Shown here: positions 33,278 to 46,535 of the stretch, one piece after another | Layout of the letters: every line of letters starts with the position of its first letter | How positions within the stretch are numbered: position 1 is the first letter of the stretch | NCBI GenBank assembly: GCA_030295235.1 | Contig: AP026131.1 | Location: 558,001 to 622,000, forward strand | Reading direction: 5' to 3' | Length of the DNA stretch: 64,000 nucleotides | Source: Fistulifera solaris | Taxonomy: Eukaryota | Notes under the pieces: generated by a model | What the model was told of the DNA's origin: nothing | Database searches by the model: none | Seen by the model: only the letters and a program-made list of their open reading frames with translations | Position numbers and translations under genes: made by a program

Positions 33278-34707
33278 ATGAATACCATTATTCGGAATTG
33301 GACACGTCAGAGCACTCCCAGGTTCAGATTTTTCTATGCGAAGACATGCCCCTCGATTTCCCCGTCGGCTCGTCGTCGCTTTTCATCAGAGCCGCCTCTC
33401 ATCATCACAAACTCAGAGCAGCAATTAATTTTAGATCAAGCAAAGCAACCCCAGACGTCCGTGAGTCTTCAAGCTTTGATGCGCACTGGTCGAGGGGAGT
33501 TTTTACATAAAACCTTTGCCGAAGAAGAAAGGGAAAAGCATGCGGCCACACAGCTTGTTTTGATTCAAGTAGCCAGTTTCTTGCGACGTGAGCTACCCAT
33601 TCGTTTAGCTCATAGGATCCAGGATCTTGAAGGCGTACCGATCCTGAGAGACATGGAGAGTGTGCTAGCCGTACGTGACTTGTATATCAAATCATTTCTG
33701 GAAATAATGTCGTTCGACAACAAGATTCAGACGGCCGAGCAAGAAGCTGCTTTTGCGTTAATGCTGGAGAACATTTATGAGAGACATTCAAAGGTGCTTG
33801 TGCAGATGGCCCGAGGTGCATATGAATTTCGAAAGGCGGTGCGCGAAGAAAAGGGTCCTGGGCTGGAGCTTGAAGAAGAAATCCACCATTTCTTGGATCG
33901 CTTTTATCTTTGCCGAATTGGTATTCGCGTCTTGATCGGTCAATATTTAGCGCTTCGCCAACCACCCGTCGAAAACTATGTCGGAATCATCTGCTCCAAA
34001 ACTAGCCCGTATGAAATTGTGAAGCGGGCAATCGGTACGCTTACTTGTCATAGTTCTTCCTAATTTTGGCTCAATATCTCTAATGGCAATAATATCGTTC
34101 CTCAAATTCGTTTACAGATGACAGTGCTTTCATGTGCACGCGAAAATATGGGGACGCTCCGGACGTCATAATCAGTGGTAGCTTGAATCTCACGTTCCCT
34201 TACGCACCGACTCATCTTCGTAAGTCAGCTTCGCGCAATGTATCCTCTTGAGTTATTATATCTCAGTCTTACCTCCCTTGCATAGATTACATCATGCTAG
34301 AGTTACTGAAAAATAGTATGCGGGCAACGGTTGAATGGCATGGCATTGACGGTGACTTTCCAGACATTAAAGTAGTAATAGCGGACGGTGCTGAGAACGA
34401 AGACGTAGTCATCAAAGTTTCGGATGAAGGCGGTGGTATTCCGAGATCGAATACGAAAAAGATTTGGAGCTACCTGTTTACAACAGCCGACCCATCCGTA
34501 CAAGAGGGAATGGTTGGAACACCTCAAGGAATAGATCACGGTCGTGATGCTCCGCTGGCTGGGCTTGGATACGGTTTGCCGATTTCCAGATCTTACGCTC
34601 GATACTTTGGAGGTGACTTGTCTATCATGTCAATGGAAGGTTATGGTACCGATGCATTCGTATACCTAGCACGCTTGGGGAACACGAAGGAGCCTTTACC
34701 AATCTGA
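33278..34707 (+). CDS. PDK: Mitochondrial pyruvate dehydrogenase kinase (PDK/BCKDK family); introns 34035-34117 and 34220-34285
   Basis: FLRRELPIRLAHRI; FLDRFYLCRIGIRVL; ELLKNSMRA; SDEGGGI; LAGLGYGLPISR; GYGTDA. Confidence 0.95.
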
Positions 34708-34952
34708 TTATACATGGTAATTCTGGGATATAATCTAAAGTTGGTGACCAAGCCTGCTATTTGATTAGTGAGCAATCTTTTTCGTAGAGGAGGCATCTTG
34801 GTCATATGCTTGAGCGAAGATGAAAACTACAAAATCAACTTAGTCATGAATCATTAGCTAGATTGGCTAGCGCGAGTCATGAGTCTAATGATTAGAGCAG
34901 GAATCTGGGATCTGGAATATAAGAATTATTTGACGCCTATTTCCACTGCCAA

Positions 34953-35125
34953 CCGAGACCCGAGACCGAGACCATGCCGAGACCATGCCGAGACCGAGAC
35001 GAGAACCGAGAACCAAACACCAAAGCTGATGAAATGACCGCTTGTTTGAAATTATTTTGGGCCTCATGACTCATGACTCGCCGAAGTCGGTGTTTTGTGG
35101 TCTATGGTCTATGGTCTATGATCTC
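34953..35125. repeat. Second stutter-repeat cluster (CCGAGAC variants, CTCATGA, TGGTCTA)
   Basis: CCGAGAC repeated with variants at 34953-35013; (CTCATGA)2; (TGGTCTA)3. Confidence 0.8.
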
Positions 35126-35589
35126 TGTTCAAAGCCGGAACTGTTCGTGCCCGAACCCAAATCCAAATCCTTTCTACACTTTAAATAGTATAGTAAATTA
35201 GTCGACGACCAGTCATTCTTGGCCCATTTATGACTTTAAAAAAAGACCGTTCGCTATTCTCTTTGCCACACTAAAAACTTTATGTATCTGTTAATTGTTG
35301 GTTTAGAGTTTAGAATGCTTCGCGGTTCGCGGCACTGTCTTCTATTCTGGCATACGACAGTACGACGTACGACAGTCATTAAATGCCATAGTCGTACTAC
35401 GCGGAAGACCGAAGAATAGAGAATAGAGTCATGCTTCCTTGGATTTGAGTAGATTTTGTTTCATCCGATCTTCTTTGGCCGCCAGAAGAGGCGAATTTTT
35501 CGCGGATGGAGAAAGGCAAACTTTCCCATTTCATTCATTTCGCCGACAAGCCGAGTTTTGTATTCCCCCTCCTCATCCTTTTAACAAAA

Positions 35590-36141
35590 ATGAGCGCTTT
35601 CACTACAGAACTAACCCTTCCTACAGAGTGGGATAACTCTACTAACATGATCACTGATGAAGAGCTTTCGGCTTCATCAAATGAGGAAGCGAGCCGGGTG
35701 TTCGAGCAGTGGCAATCCGATGACGACGACGTGCATGATTTGGACATCATGCAAGTGGATGAGCAACTCGGATCAAACCTTCTTGAAGACGAAATCTTTC
35801 ATGATCCTTGTGTCTCTCCCACTGGTCCTCTAGAAGAAATTGTGTACATGACGATTGAGGACGAAGACGTCGACCGCTTTTCACTAAGTCTCATGTCGGC
35901 CGTCGAAAACGACGCGACCAGCTCACTTCCTTTCGAAGAACGATACAAAGCCACACTTCAAAAACTTGCCTTTTCTATGAAACGAAGCCAAGAATCACGA
36001 AAGAGTCTCAAGGTCAAGACGGCTAAAACCGAACAGTACCCACGCATCAAGTCTGTCATCGGTGTTGTGTCGTCGATTGAGAAATCAACCGAGCAACTTC
36101 AGCTGTATCTGAACAATATCCAGTGTACCGGGGGCCATTAG
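35590..36141 (+). CDS. Hypothetical acidic protein with C-terminal helical motif LAFSMKRSQESRKSL
   Basis: Clean ATG ORF of ~183 aa with protein-like composition. Confidence 0.7.
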   Translation: MSAFTTELTLPTEWDNSTNMITDEELSASSNEEASRVFEQWQSDDDDVHDLDIMQVDEQLGSNLLEDEIFHDPCVSPTGPLEEIVYMTIEDEDVDRFSLSLMSAVENDATSSLPFEERYKATLQKLAFSMKRSQESRKSLKVKTAKTEQYPRIKSVIGVVSSIEKSTEQLQLYLNNIQCTGGH

Positions 36142-37123
36142 CTGCTTGAAATTTCATATTATGTCATCTGACTTTTCCGTCGTTTACTCGACACAACCTT
36201 TCTCTCTCCAATATTGTATCTGCGTTGTCTGCCCACCAGCCAATTGCGTGCACACCTACAACATCTTTAATATTCTTTCTACTAGTCCAGTCTATTAACT
36301 TTTCACTATCACTTTTTATTCTGTCTAGATTGAAGAAAAGTTTATATTTTTGGAAAACTCTAGAGTTTAAATAAACTTGTTTGTCATCACATTTCCGTCT
36401 TTGTCACAGGGACGGGTCCACATCGCTTTTGCGTGGACGGTATGGACTGAAGGATTTTTCAGGTTCGGCCCTTGGCTGTCTTCCTAGACTATCCTTATCT
36501 CTAGAATCTAATAGAAAATCAAAGACCCCTCTAACATGCTTCGCCATCTGCCATCCGCCAGATCGCCAAACGTAGCGATTTGTCCGCAAAGAAAAACTGT
36601 AGGGAAGGCAGTGGTCACTAGGTTTTTCACTCTATCTTCCGAAAAGATAGTGCGTTATTTCTTTCTTTATCCAAACCCCATTGGCTGTGTTGTCTATCGT
36701 CTACCTTGTAGTGCCATAATGATCCATAATAAAGTTTGAAAGTTAAACTAAGAGCCCTTAGCAAGGCCCTTAGCACTTTTAGACATAAAGAGGACCAGCT
36801 AGGATCCCATCTTTTAGCTTTTACTCCGTACCAGGTAAACCTTTAGGCTTCGGCTCCCGCTTCCAGGTACCCTTTCACTTTGTTGATTCATTCAGACGCT
36901 TAGTATCACCTTTTGTCTAACGCATGACTAGGAACTAGGAGCTAGGAGCTAGGAAAGGAGCGCCGATATTCAAATAACGGAGTAAAACGGATCTCTGATA
37001 GACCAGAAACGTATAGCGTAAAATCAATGTATAAGCAAATCCAAATATAGTGTTTCACTTTGCATTGTTCAAAGAAATTCGACGCCCTGCGATTTGGAAG
37101 TAAGTTATGCAAGCGCAGAATCA

Positions 37124-38314
37124 TTAACGCAGCTGGTCTTCTACTAGAAAGGGTGTGTGTGTCGCGCTGTTCAGCTTCCGTCGTTCACGCCGCATTTCTC
37201 CAGCAGTGATCAGTGCATCGCCAGCAACTGTAAGACCTACAGTGCTTCCGATAACGAAGAAAGTGCCTCCAACGCCAACTGCCAACCATAGCGGTGCTGT
37301 TTTCCCAAGAAAGTCTACTGCCAGGGTTGAAAGCGACAATGAAATAACTCCCAAGATGGCCATTCGGGTGCGACGAGGAGTCCATACGTTTTGTATTACT
37401 GATCCTGATGGAGTTTTGTAAACTTCGGTCTTCGTCTTTCCCGCATCTAGCGAGTCGACGCAAGGATCGCTCGTCGATTTCCGAAAATTCAATGACACGT
37501 TTTCTTTACCGGTATAGTAGTGATCCTGAGGTAAGGTAAGATAAAGAACTTTTAACACGCCACTGACTGATCGCATCCGATGCCCCGGAAGCAAAACATC
37601 CTCGAGTAAAATGACATCTCCGGCTTCAAATGTTTGCGATTCGCCTGAATTCAACTCTATCACCAAAGGACTAAGAGCGATCGTCAATATTGGATGTCTA
37701 CCGTCCGTTCCACTCCATGAAGTTGGGGCTGGTGACAGGGCTTGTCGGAAGTACCCATTTTTCAAAGGAATCGACGAGGTTGTGGCGCCGCTAGCTCCGC
37801 AATCCCAATACGGAAGCGAAATTTGCTGTGGATGGTTGTCAAAGTGCACTAGTTTGTCATTAGGATCAATGTAGATTCGTCCCGATAAGGTAAACCCTTC
37901 TAATGAAGAATAATGCGTGTCTGAGTTGCCATGCTTCGAAGATCCGAAAGGGATATGATGGGTTGGGATTTTTGTTTCGTTCTCCTCTCGATCTGCATCG
38001 TTGGCTTCGTCGCGGTTACTTTGTTTAGCTGAGTCATTATCATTGCTTCCGAGGGAATGTGAAGAACTTGATCCCCATGGGCGCTTCCCTTGCGTTGTGT
38101 TCTCAAGTGTTGATGCCGTTTGAGCTGCTACTTCTTCCTGAGTGGGGACGGCATCATTTTCGTTAGTTGTCGTGTCGGCTAAATCAGTTTCAGTCGAAAG
38201 TGAGTCTCGTTCGATATATTTTTCTTCAGTAGGTCGGTGTTGATCCTCTGCGAGCGACACACACAGCAGTGTTGGGGACAGCATACAAAGGAGAATGAGG
38301 GCGATCTTCTTCAT
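37124..38314 (-). CDS. Hypothetical signal-peptide protein with a cupin-like segment and two C-terminal TM helices
   Basis: MKKIALILLCML signal; LVIELNSGESQTFEAGDVILLEDVLLPGHRMRSV cupin-like; two hydrophobic helices near the end. Confidence 0.72.
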   Translation of the reverse strand: MKKIALILLCMLSPTLLCVSLAEDQHRPTEEKYIERDSLSTETDLADTTTNENDAVPTQEEVAAQTASTLENTTQGKRPWGSSSSHSLGSNDNDSAKQSNRDEANDADREENETKIPTHHIPFGSSKHGNSDTHYSSLEGFTLSGRIYIDPNDKLVHFDNHPQQISLPYWDCGASGATTSSIPLKNGYFRQALSPAPTSWSGTDGRHPILTIALSPLVIELNSGESQTFEAGDVILLEDVLLPGHRMRSVSGVLKVLYLTLPQDHYYTGKENVSLNFRKSTSDPCVDSLDAGKTKTEVYKTPSGSVIQNVWTPRRTRMAILGVISLSLSTLAVDFLGKTAPLWLAVGVGGTFFVIGSTVGLTVAGDALITAGEMRRERRKLNSATHTPFLVEDQLR

Positions 38315-38716
38315 CTTTTCGAATGTGTTTTGATATTTGTATTTTCTCGGAAAATGAAGTTGCTGGATCAGGGGCGTCTTTTCGTAGCGTAGGAGATCTT
38401 CATGAAATGATTCATAAAAAGGATTTGATGCTTTGGCGTACCTATGGTATTAGGAGAGAAGAGCAATAAGAACAAAAATAAAGCGCGACGTCAAAACCTT
38501 TTCTGCGTGAAGCGGACGAGTTTTCTGTCGGGGGTAGCTTTCATTATTGAACTTGTAATTTGTAATAGTACGTAAAAAGTACTTTTAGAAGTCGTATCGG
38601 TATGTCTATAGTGACAAAAGACTTTTCTCTCTGCTACTGTAAACTAAGGCGGATAAACTTCGTCCTTCGAACAAGCCACTCGTTCAGAACAAAAATAACG
38701 CTTCAAATGTAATACA

Positions 38717-41040
38717 TCAATCGAAACGAATCTTTTTTGTTCTTTGGCGGGGCTGCTATATCGCGCTCAGCCTTCGTTCGCAAAGAATCCATCTGGTTCG
38801 CTTCTTCATCCGTTGCAGCCCATTCAATGACTAAATGACGCCCATACAAATGGGTTCTCGACAGAGCCTTCATTGCTGCGACAGCCTCCTTGTTGGTTAG
38901 ATACTCGACAAAAGCGTAACCACGACTAGTACCATCGAACTTGCGGGGCATGCGGACCTTTTTAGATGACCCAGCGATCCAAACAATTGCATCAACTCCT
39001 TTCGATTCGCTTGGAACGGAACATTGCGCACTACAAGCTTAGTACTTTCCTTGGCCGAACTTATCAGCGGAGTTGACTTATGCTTGTCGGCTGCCGACGG
39101 TTTCACATCGAGTGCATGTCCATCTACTATTTTTCCGTGAAGAAGCTTCAAGGCTTTGCTCGCGGAATCAGGAGAACCGAATTCAATGAAGCAATAGCCC
39201 ATCGACTGACTCTCCGAGGAAGACGACCCTTGTTTTGTCGGACCTCGTTTCTGGGGTATGCGAATGCTGCGAATATCTTTCACATCTTGTGAAAGAAGTT
39301 TATGAAGAGTTGCCTCGGTCGTCTTGAAATTCAAGTTCTTTACGTAAAGGGTAGGCGTAATTGACACCTGAATATCATCTTCGTTCTCGGCCACTTCTTC
39401 GGCTACAACAGGATTAGCATCTAAACCGGATCTCTCCGGTTTGTCCGCGTCCTTTGTCACAGCTGTTAGAGGCGCCCACTCAAGATAAAGTGGTACGTTT
39501 TTAAACCTGCGAAAAGCGAGACGTCGAAAAGCTGACTTGGCGTCATTACCGTGGCTGTACTCAATCACGGCAAGAGTCTTTGACGGAGGAAGTATGATTG
39601 AAACAGGTTCTGCTCCTTTGCTGCTGAACATCTTCGCCAATTCATCTCTGGCAGTATCGTGTGGAAGATTTTTGACTAAAATTGCCACGTTACTGCGGGT
39701 TATGGTCGAAGTTCCAGATGGCGAAACCAAAGCATCCATGTCATATCCATGGTCAGCAAAAACTGGCGATTCTCCTCAATTATAGCCGTTTCAGCCAAGG
39801 CAAGACGAACCGCAGCGTCACCCCCTGTGAGCCCATCTTTCACTGCCATGATATCACCTTTCCGCAGACCCAAACGCACAGCCAAATTATCCACGACCGC
39901 ATCACCGCGCACATGACTTGCTGACCAGCCCGCCGATTCAGACAACGCTTTCCCTTTCCTTTCGGCTTCGGCCTTCTCTTTGTATCCTCCACCCTGATTT
40001 GAGTTGACGGATTTCGATATTGCTTCTCGAGCGGGAAGGATGTGTAATAATCTGCCTTGAAAATCGGTCCCGTCCAGATTCGACATGGCTGCCTCGGCGT
40101 CATTAGCCTTTTCAAACGTAACGAAACCAAAACCTTTACTGCGCTTTTGATCATCTGCAGGAATATGGCATTCTAGTATCGTTCCGAATGCAGAAAAGCA
40201 ATCCCTAATATCTTCTTCCGCAGCGGTGAATGGCAAGTTCCGAAGGAAAAGCCGATTCTTTGAAATTGATTCGCGTGCGTCTTCTTCGGTAATTTCCCGT
40301 GATTCGCCGCTTTCTTCCTCAGCTACTTTATCTTCTGCCATTGACTCCTGTGAAATCTTCTCGTCATCATTAAGTTCAGATTGATCAGTGGGAGGATCAT
40401 CGGCTTGGACTTTGTCAAAGTCGTCGACGGCTACCTTCTTCGATAGCAAAAAATCGAGATCCGACTGACGAGATTTTTTCTTTCAGCGGATCCGCGTCAT
40501 CTTCGCTATCAGATCCGTCAGTTGATTCCGAATCAGATGGCACTGGATCCGGTAGCAATGGTGGGGCGGTATCACCCTCCTTTTCCTCTTCGGCGTCGTC
40601 GTTAGCCCAAAATTTTCGCTTCGTTGTCACTTTGTGCTTTTCATGCAGGATTGGCGTGGCCTTCTCATGCTTTTCCTTCGATTTTTCCGTTTTTTCTATG
40701 GATTTTTCGGATTCGGAACTTTTTTCTTGAGTCTTTTCTTTTACCGATGTCGCAAATTCGACAAGCAGACGCGACGATTTGCAATAGCTTTTGTTTAGCT
40801 GTTCGACGCAATTGCTTGCTTGAGACTCCTCCAGAAAACCACAAAACGCTATACCTCGTGACTTTTTGCTTTTCGCATCTTTTAAAATCCTACAATCTGT
40901 AATCGTAGTGCCAGAGCCGAGTCGGTTCAACAAAAATTCCGTAAATCTGTCTCCTGAAAATCATGGGGGATGTTCTTGAGACATACCCTCGTTTTCAAGA
41001 CTTGGCCATTATCCGCAGAATATCTCTTTCTTTTCTCCAT
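38717..41040 (-). CDS. RBM19: Multiple-RRM rRNA processing protein MRD1/RBM19; several frameshifts
   Basis: MEKRKRY..TRVCLKNIP; SRGIAFCGF; RLFLRNLPF/KGFGFVTF; AAVRLALAET; ILVKNLP; PLYLEWAP; LYVKNLNF; SMGYCFIEF; LVVRNVPFQA; RGYAFVEY; HLYGRHLVIEWA. Confidence 0.93.
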
Positions 41041-41819
41041 TTGTTCGTCCAAAATTCAAGCACAATTATAAACCGTTTCTATCCGTCTAACTTGTTGATT
41101 TGTTATTCAAAAGGCAAAAGGACGTACAAACTATTGCAATTGTCACTATTTGTTTCTAAACAAATGAATGAATGGTGGGGGAACATTTTGTTTCGCGGCT
41201 ACAGCCATGGGGACCGCTACGACATCACTCTTTACAGTACGACATCTGGATTTCTGTGTAGTTGCATTTGCATTTTACATCCGCCAAACATGAGCCAAAC
41301 CTCAACGCCCACATGTCGCCTTTATTTATTTTGTCCGTTCCATCTTCCACCTTGCAACAAGAAACAAGGTGACGTGTTAGACACCCTTGGTGACGTGGGC
41401 TAGGGAGGACCTATGGGTTCGCGTTTTTCAATGACATCTTTAGGAACTACGGAATATGATCAAGTAGCTAGAGCTAGGCTGTAAACACAAAAAATAAGGT
41501 TGTCGATCAGCATCGCCCGTGTACCTGCCGCGGTAAACTATGTGAGAAGGATAAAATAGTCAAAGAGAGCAAACTTTGAAAACTTACCATAAGAAAATCT
41601 CTTAAAACGCCAAGCGGTCGATTTGATGTCGACTTGGGAATCTTGGTCGGATGACTTGACTGGATTATAAGATGAATACTTTTGCTATAAAGTACCGGTA
41701 AATGAATCTTCGTGTCATTTAGTTTATAAGCGTCTATGTAGCTTTAAGTGTGACGGCGATTCGTCCTTGATCATCGGATTCGGCAATGGTCAATGATCCC
41801 GGGTTCTTATATGCTCTCT

Positions 41820-42383
41820 ATCTATATGTATGAATCTATCTGCAGATGCAGTAATGATGTCGGCACATCGGCTGAAATAGCAATGAAGTTTGCATTTACT
41901 TGCGCGTTGGCTGTCGCAATACGAAGCCGCGTGGCATGCGCAATGAGGGCGGAGCAGCTAAGGGTCGTCCTTCCGGAAGAAAGTGAGGAGGCCGGTATAA
42001 GGTCGGTGTTCGTTTCAGTGGTTGTAGGGGAAGCGTTGGAACTGATTTGACCGACGATACGGTGCGAACGGGACGAACGCGCTTTGATGCAATGCCGGCG
42101 GAAAAAACTGCCTCGTCTTCGTCATCGGTAATGGAAACGTGAGCCCTTGCCTCTTTTCCATAACCTTCACGGGAGGACGAGCTTTTACGGTTCGCAAGTG
42201 GTTGGTAGCGGGGTCTTTCGATGGTCCATCACGAAGCAATAGCAATGTCAGAGCTGCCGAGCTTTGCTGCTCTCCCACACGCTGTTTCTTCATCGCGGGT
42301 TCCGTAACATCTTGTTCCACAATAGCTGGGTTCGCAGGGCTAATTATTTTTGCCATCTTCTTTTGTTTGCTCTCAAGCTTCAA
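41820..42383 (-). CDS. Possible low-complexity hypothetical protein (boundaries uncertain)
   Basis: ORF 42015-42383 (MKKQR, AALTLLLL) may continue after a frameshift. No domain recognised. Confidence 0.3.
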
Positions 42384-43027
42384 CTCCTGATTTTTCGCTT
42401 AATGAATGAGATCAGCGAATACTTTCGCGTGACATGCGGAATGCAATCGAAAAAAGTGATTTGCACTTGTCGCTTCCGGAGCACGCATCGGAGTTTGATG
42501 ACACAAGATTGCAACGCGGTTTTGGCGGCGGAGAGTGCTAGAAAAAATACGGCTACGCCTAGGAGAGTGTCTGAAGGCTGGTACAATGAGGATGAGTGTG
42601 AACGGAAACCGGCGGTTACAAGTTGCACCTGTGTCAAATCTTCACGAATCTATAAGAAGCCAGAAATTATGTACTCTTTCGACTATGGTAAGGTGCATTT
42701 TCATTCACAAAACTCCCGAGCTATAAAACACGTGAGGAAGGAATTGCGCCTAACAATCGTGCATTATCAGCTTTGTTCCCCCGGCTAGGATGAACTTTCA
42801 ATGGCTTCTGACATTGTATAAAGAAGAATCGAATGCAAATGGGACGTCCAAGTTGAAATGCTTTGACCCTCTCCGGACGGACGGCCGATTGAGATGACTT
42901 TAGATATTCCTGGTGTGGACGAGCAATCATCGCATTATTCGTTAACATCTAGAACAATCCTTAGCTACGCATAGACTCGCTAAGTAAACTTTTCTGTTCA
43001 AAACGATTTGCTTTTACTGGTTAAACA

Positions 43028-44020
43028 TTAGCGCACCTCGCCAAACCCACCGTCGTTCATCTCTCCATTCGCCGCACCCTCTTCTCCGCTTCCAACTGTA
43101 TTCAGCAGCTGACTTAACCACTTTTGCACGGTAGGATCGTTGTGCAAAGCTGGTCCAAAAGTATCGTCACGAAGCGTTTGTGGCAGACATGTTTTCAGTG
43201 CTTCTCGAGCCCTTGGATGATCCGCTAGTCGCAAGTAACAGCGAACAACATGCTTCAAGAGTCGAACGGAGGGTTGAATTTGCAGTAGTTGCACCATATT
43301 CGCGAGGACTGTCGAAACGGCGTAAAATCGCTCCGCGGTAGCACAGACGTAGTTCAGTCCAGTTTCTTCCAGTAATATCTTCTGCACGATAAAGGTCGCC
43401 ACCGTTTTGCTGAGTTCCGATCCTGTCTCCATAATTCGAAGACACAACGGGATTATTTCCGTAGACAACAAAAAGGAGATCACGTCCGCATCATCCACCT
43501 TGACCAACGCCCCAATGACTCCCAACGACGTCAATCGAAGATACTCAAAGGGCCGCGACTTGGACTGCGTATTGAGAAAGGGATACAAAAATAGGGGAAT
43601 TTGTGCGTTCAAAAATGGTTGACGCGTATCGGCATGCGAAGCGACACATTGAAGCAAGGCGAGTGCATTGCAGACGCGATTCGACGCATGTGCCGTCAAT
43701 GTCGGTGGAGTCAGCAACGGATAAATCGAAACGATTTCTTGCAGCAACGCAGCCACCGTTCCGACTGAATGCCACAAAATGGGAGCAAGTTCCGGAAAAC
43801 TTTCCCGTTTCTTCGATAATTCTAACAACACGATTTCTCTCTGAGAAGGCATTTTATTAGTAACAAAATTGCAAAACGGAAAGAAATACACCAAAGAGCG
43901 TGGCGTCACTCCAATGTCGCTCACCTGATCGGGGTCTGTTAATTGTTTTACCAGAGGTAAAAGTTCCTCCATCTCACCACTGGATGGGGTCAGCGCCATC
44001 GATTGCTGTAAAGTCGCCAT
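43028..44020 (-). CDS. CNOT9: CCR4-NOT subunit 9 (Rcd1/Caf40); in-frame intron 43841-43924
   Basis: [72 protein letters not shown]. Confidence 0.97.
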   Translation of the reverse strand: MATLQQSMALTPSSGEMEELLPLVKQLTDPDQVSDIGVTPRSLVYFFPFCNFVTNKMPSQREIVLLELSKKRESFPELAPILWHSVGTVAALLQEIVSIYPLLTPPTLTAHASNRVCNALALLQCVASHADTRQPFLNAQIPLFLYPFLNTQSKSRPFEYLRLTSLGVIGALVKVDDADVISFLLSTEIIPLCLRIMETGSELSKTVATFIVQKILLEETGLNYVCATAERFYAVSTVLANMVQLLQIQPSVRLLKHVVRCYLRLADHPRAREALKTCLPQTLRDDTFGPALHNDPTVQKWLSQLLNTVGSGEEGAANGEMNDGGFGEVR

Positions 44021-44152
44021 GATTGAATTATCAAGTCTCTTTTGTAACAGGTAACAGTTGATTGTTTTAGCAATAATAAATGTTGCATGCCCTGCTCCTG
44101 CTCGCATCTCGCATTTCACTTCAGCCTTCAGTTCATTTCACACGATGTTGAG

Positions 44153-44342
44153 TGGTTTGACCGTCAACCGGCGTAACCAATTCATGACTAAACCCATTCG
44201 CAGAAAAAGTAATCTACACTTGGGACGACAGTCATGTTTTTGTATCAATGGTTTGACCGTCAACCGGCGTAGCTAGTTCATGACTAAAATCCAGTCGGAG
44301 AAAAAGTAATCTACACTCAGGACGATAGTCATATTTTTATAC
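44153..44342. repeat. Imperfect ~96-bp tandem duplication in the CNOT9/PRP4K divergent promoter
   Basis: TGGTTTGACCGTCAACCGGCGTA...AGAAAAAGTAATCTACACT...GGACGA.AGTCAT at 44153 and 44249. Confidence 0.9.
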
Positions 44343-44475
44343 GGAGTACCAGTACGATTTTACTAAGGACACGATCACTCGTCATTTTTTGCGGCAGAAA
44401 AATAATGATCGACTGCGTTTTGTTTTTGATGCTGCAAATGATAGTCCCATTATTGTTGTAACTTGATTCCCCAGC

Positions 44476-45968
44476 ATGGATGTCGATGAATCACTGGATG
44501 AAGCAATACTACTGGGCTTGCAAGATGACACATTTGTAACGGAGGAACAGCGACAAGAAGCGGAAGCGGAACGTCGGCGGAAGCAACGCCAGCAACGTCT
44601 CCTTCAATTGCAAGCGGCCGAGGAAGCATCATCGCCACCCAACAAAGAAGAACCATCAAATCATGGTAGTATACCCGTACGCGAGCCGCTGAATCATTTC
44701 GCTGAAAAGAAGACGACATGAAGCAAAATGGAGAAGACGAAGACGATGAGTTTGATATGTTTTCAAGTTCAGTTTCTCCTGTCGGGCATTCTGACAAGAG
44801 CGGGGACAAGAATAGCAGCAATACTCATTCAAGGGGTGATCATAATCATCAAGAAGATTGGGATGATGCCGAAGGATATTACAAAGCCGTGATTGGCGAA
44901 ACAATTTCGGTTTTGGACGACTCGATTCGTTTGCGCGTTGCTGGTGTCGTCGGGAAAGGTGTCTTCAGCACTGTCATACAGTGTTCGACCATCAGTAACA
45001 CCAGTAGTACTTCGCTACCACCCATTGTCGCTTTGAAATGCATTCGACACAATGAGACCATGGCAAAAGCGGCAATGAATGAATTGCAAACTCTCCAGAA
45101 ACTAAAGGGAAGCCCCGGCATTGTTCCTCTCCTCTTGCCAACGACACTGACTCCTCTGGAACACAGAGGTCATGTGCTATTGATATTCACTTATATGGAA
45201 TACAACTTGCGTGATGTATTACAAAAATTTGGTAAAGGTGTTGGCCTATCTCTACCGGCTGTTCGGTCATACTTTGGACAATTACTAGCAGCCGCGACGC
45301 ATCTTCAAAAGCATGGCATCATTCACGCGGATATAAAACCAGACAATATTCTAGTTAGCTCAGACTTCAGTGTGGTGCAATTGGCGGATTTCGGTTCGGC
45401 CATTCACGTCAATTCGCCAGAACAAAGCCAAGTTACTCCTTATCTCGTGTCAAGATTTTATCGTGCTCCGGAGATTGTATTGGGCTTGACCCCCACTTTT
45501 GCCATCGACTTGTGGAGTATTGCTGTTTCAGTGGCGGAACTATTTTTGGGTGATGTTGTTTTCAGAGGCCGGTCGAACAACGAAATGCTGTACGAGTTCA
45601 TGCAACATCTGGGACCCTTTTCGAATCGAGTCATCCGACAACACCTGGTGCAATGCCAAAAGTTCCCCGACGTCGTACAGCAATTTCAGGCATCGGAAGG
45701 GGCGTACTATGTCTTCTTGCAGCAAACAGTAGATGCCGTGAGCGGTAATGCGGTACACAAGAGACTGTCACTGCAACCGACTACGGAGGAACAGAAATTT
45801 CCGCTGGCTACACCGTTGAAACAACGATTACTCAAAGCCAAATCAGCAAACGATTCGAAGAAAATAGTGTTTCAATTTGCGGACTTGTTGCAAAAGTGTT
45901 TGGCTTTAGATTCTTCGAAACGAATCCCACTCAAGGAAGCGTTACGGCACGAATTCTTTCAAAAGTAA
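44476..45968 (+). CDS. PRPF4B: PRP4 kinase (CMGC Ser/Thr kinase); frameshift near 44705
   Basis: DEFDMFS; DWDDAEGYYK; GKGVFSTV; NLRDVLQKFGKGVGLSL; HADIKPDN; TPYLVSRFYRAPE. Confidence 0.93.
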
Positions 45969-46074
45969 TATAGTAGTCTTTCCGAAAAACAACCTTAGAA
46001 GTTATGTTGCATTAAATCCGCGTAGATTACTAATATTTTGCGTTGATATACGAACTGTCTTTTTCATGCAGACT

Positions 46075-46535
46075 TCTTTTTCTTCGTGTAACGAAGAGCA
46101 CAGTACTGCACGATTCTACAGCACCGGGTCGAGCCAAAGAAATGTATTCAAGAGGATGACCCAAAGCACCGCCACCACCATCACAGACCGCCATTTCTCC
46201 TTCCACTTCAATTATGGGTACTTTGTGCACCAATTCCATCGCGTTGCTGCGATGCTTGCCGAGTTTGTACTGTAGAGAGCACAAGATGCGAGGGAACGAT
46301 AGGTGAGTATTTGTTGACATCGCTGCATAACACTTCTTGTGTTGAAGAACTACTTACCGGCGACTCCTTGTAAGAATGATTTTCTAAACGCTTCTCTTCT
46401 TTGCTTCCGATTAAATTCAGGGGAACTATGAACCGCCGGAGCCAAAGGAGGTCTTGACGCCATCGAACGGACGGCAACACTCGACACGTTTCGCGGTAAA
46501 AGTGCTTTGCGGGTGATTACCGTACAAAATTGCAT
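46075..46535 (-). CDS. NDUFS6: Complex I 13-kDa Zn-finger subunit (zf-CHCC); intron 46270-46357; frameshifts near 46420 and 46110
   Basis: Mitochondrial-type presequence; AMELVHKVPIIEV..AVCDGGGGALGHPLEYI; spliced ..KESP|YKLG. Confidence 0.88.
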
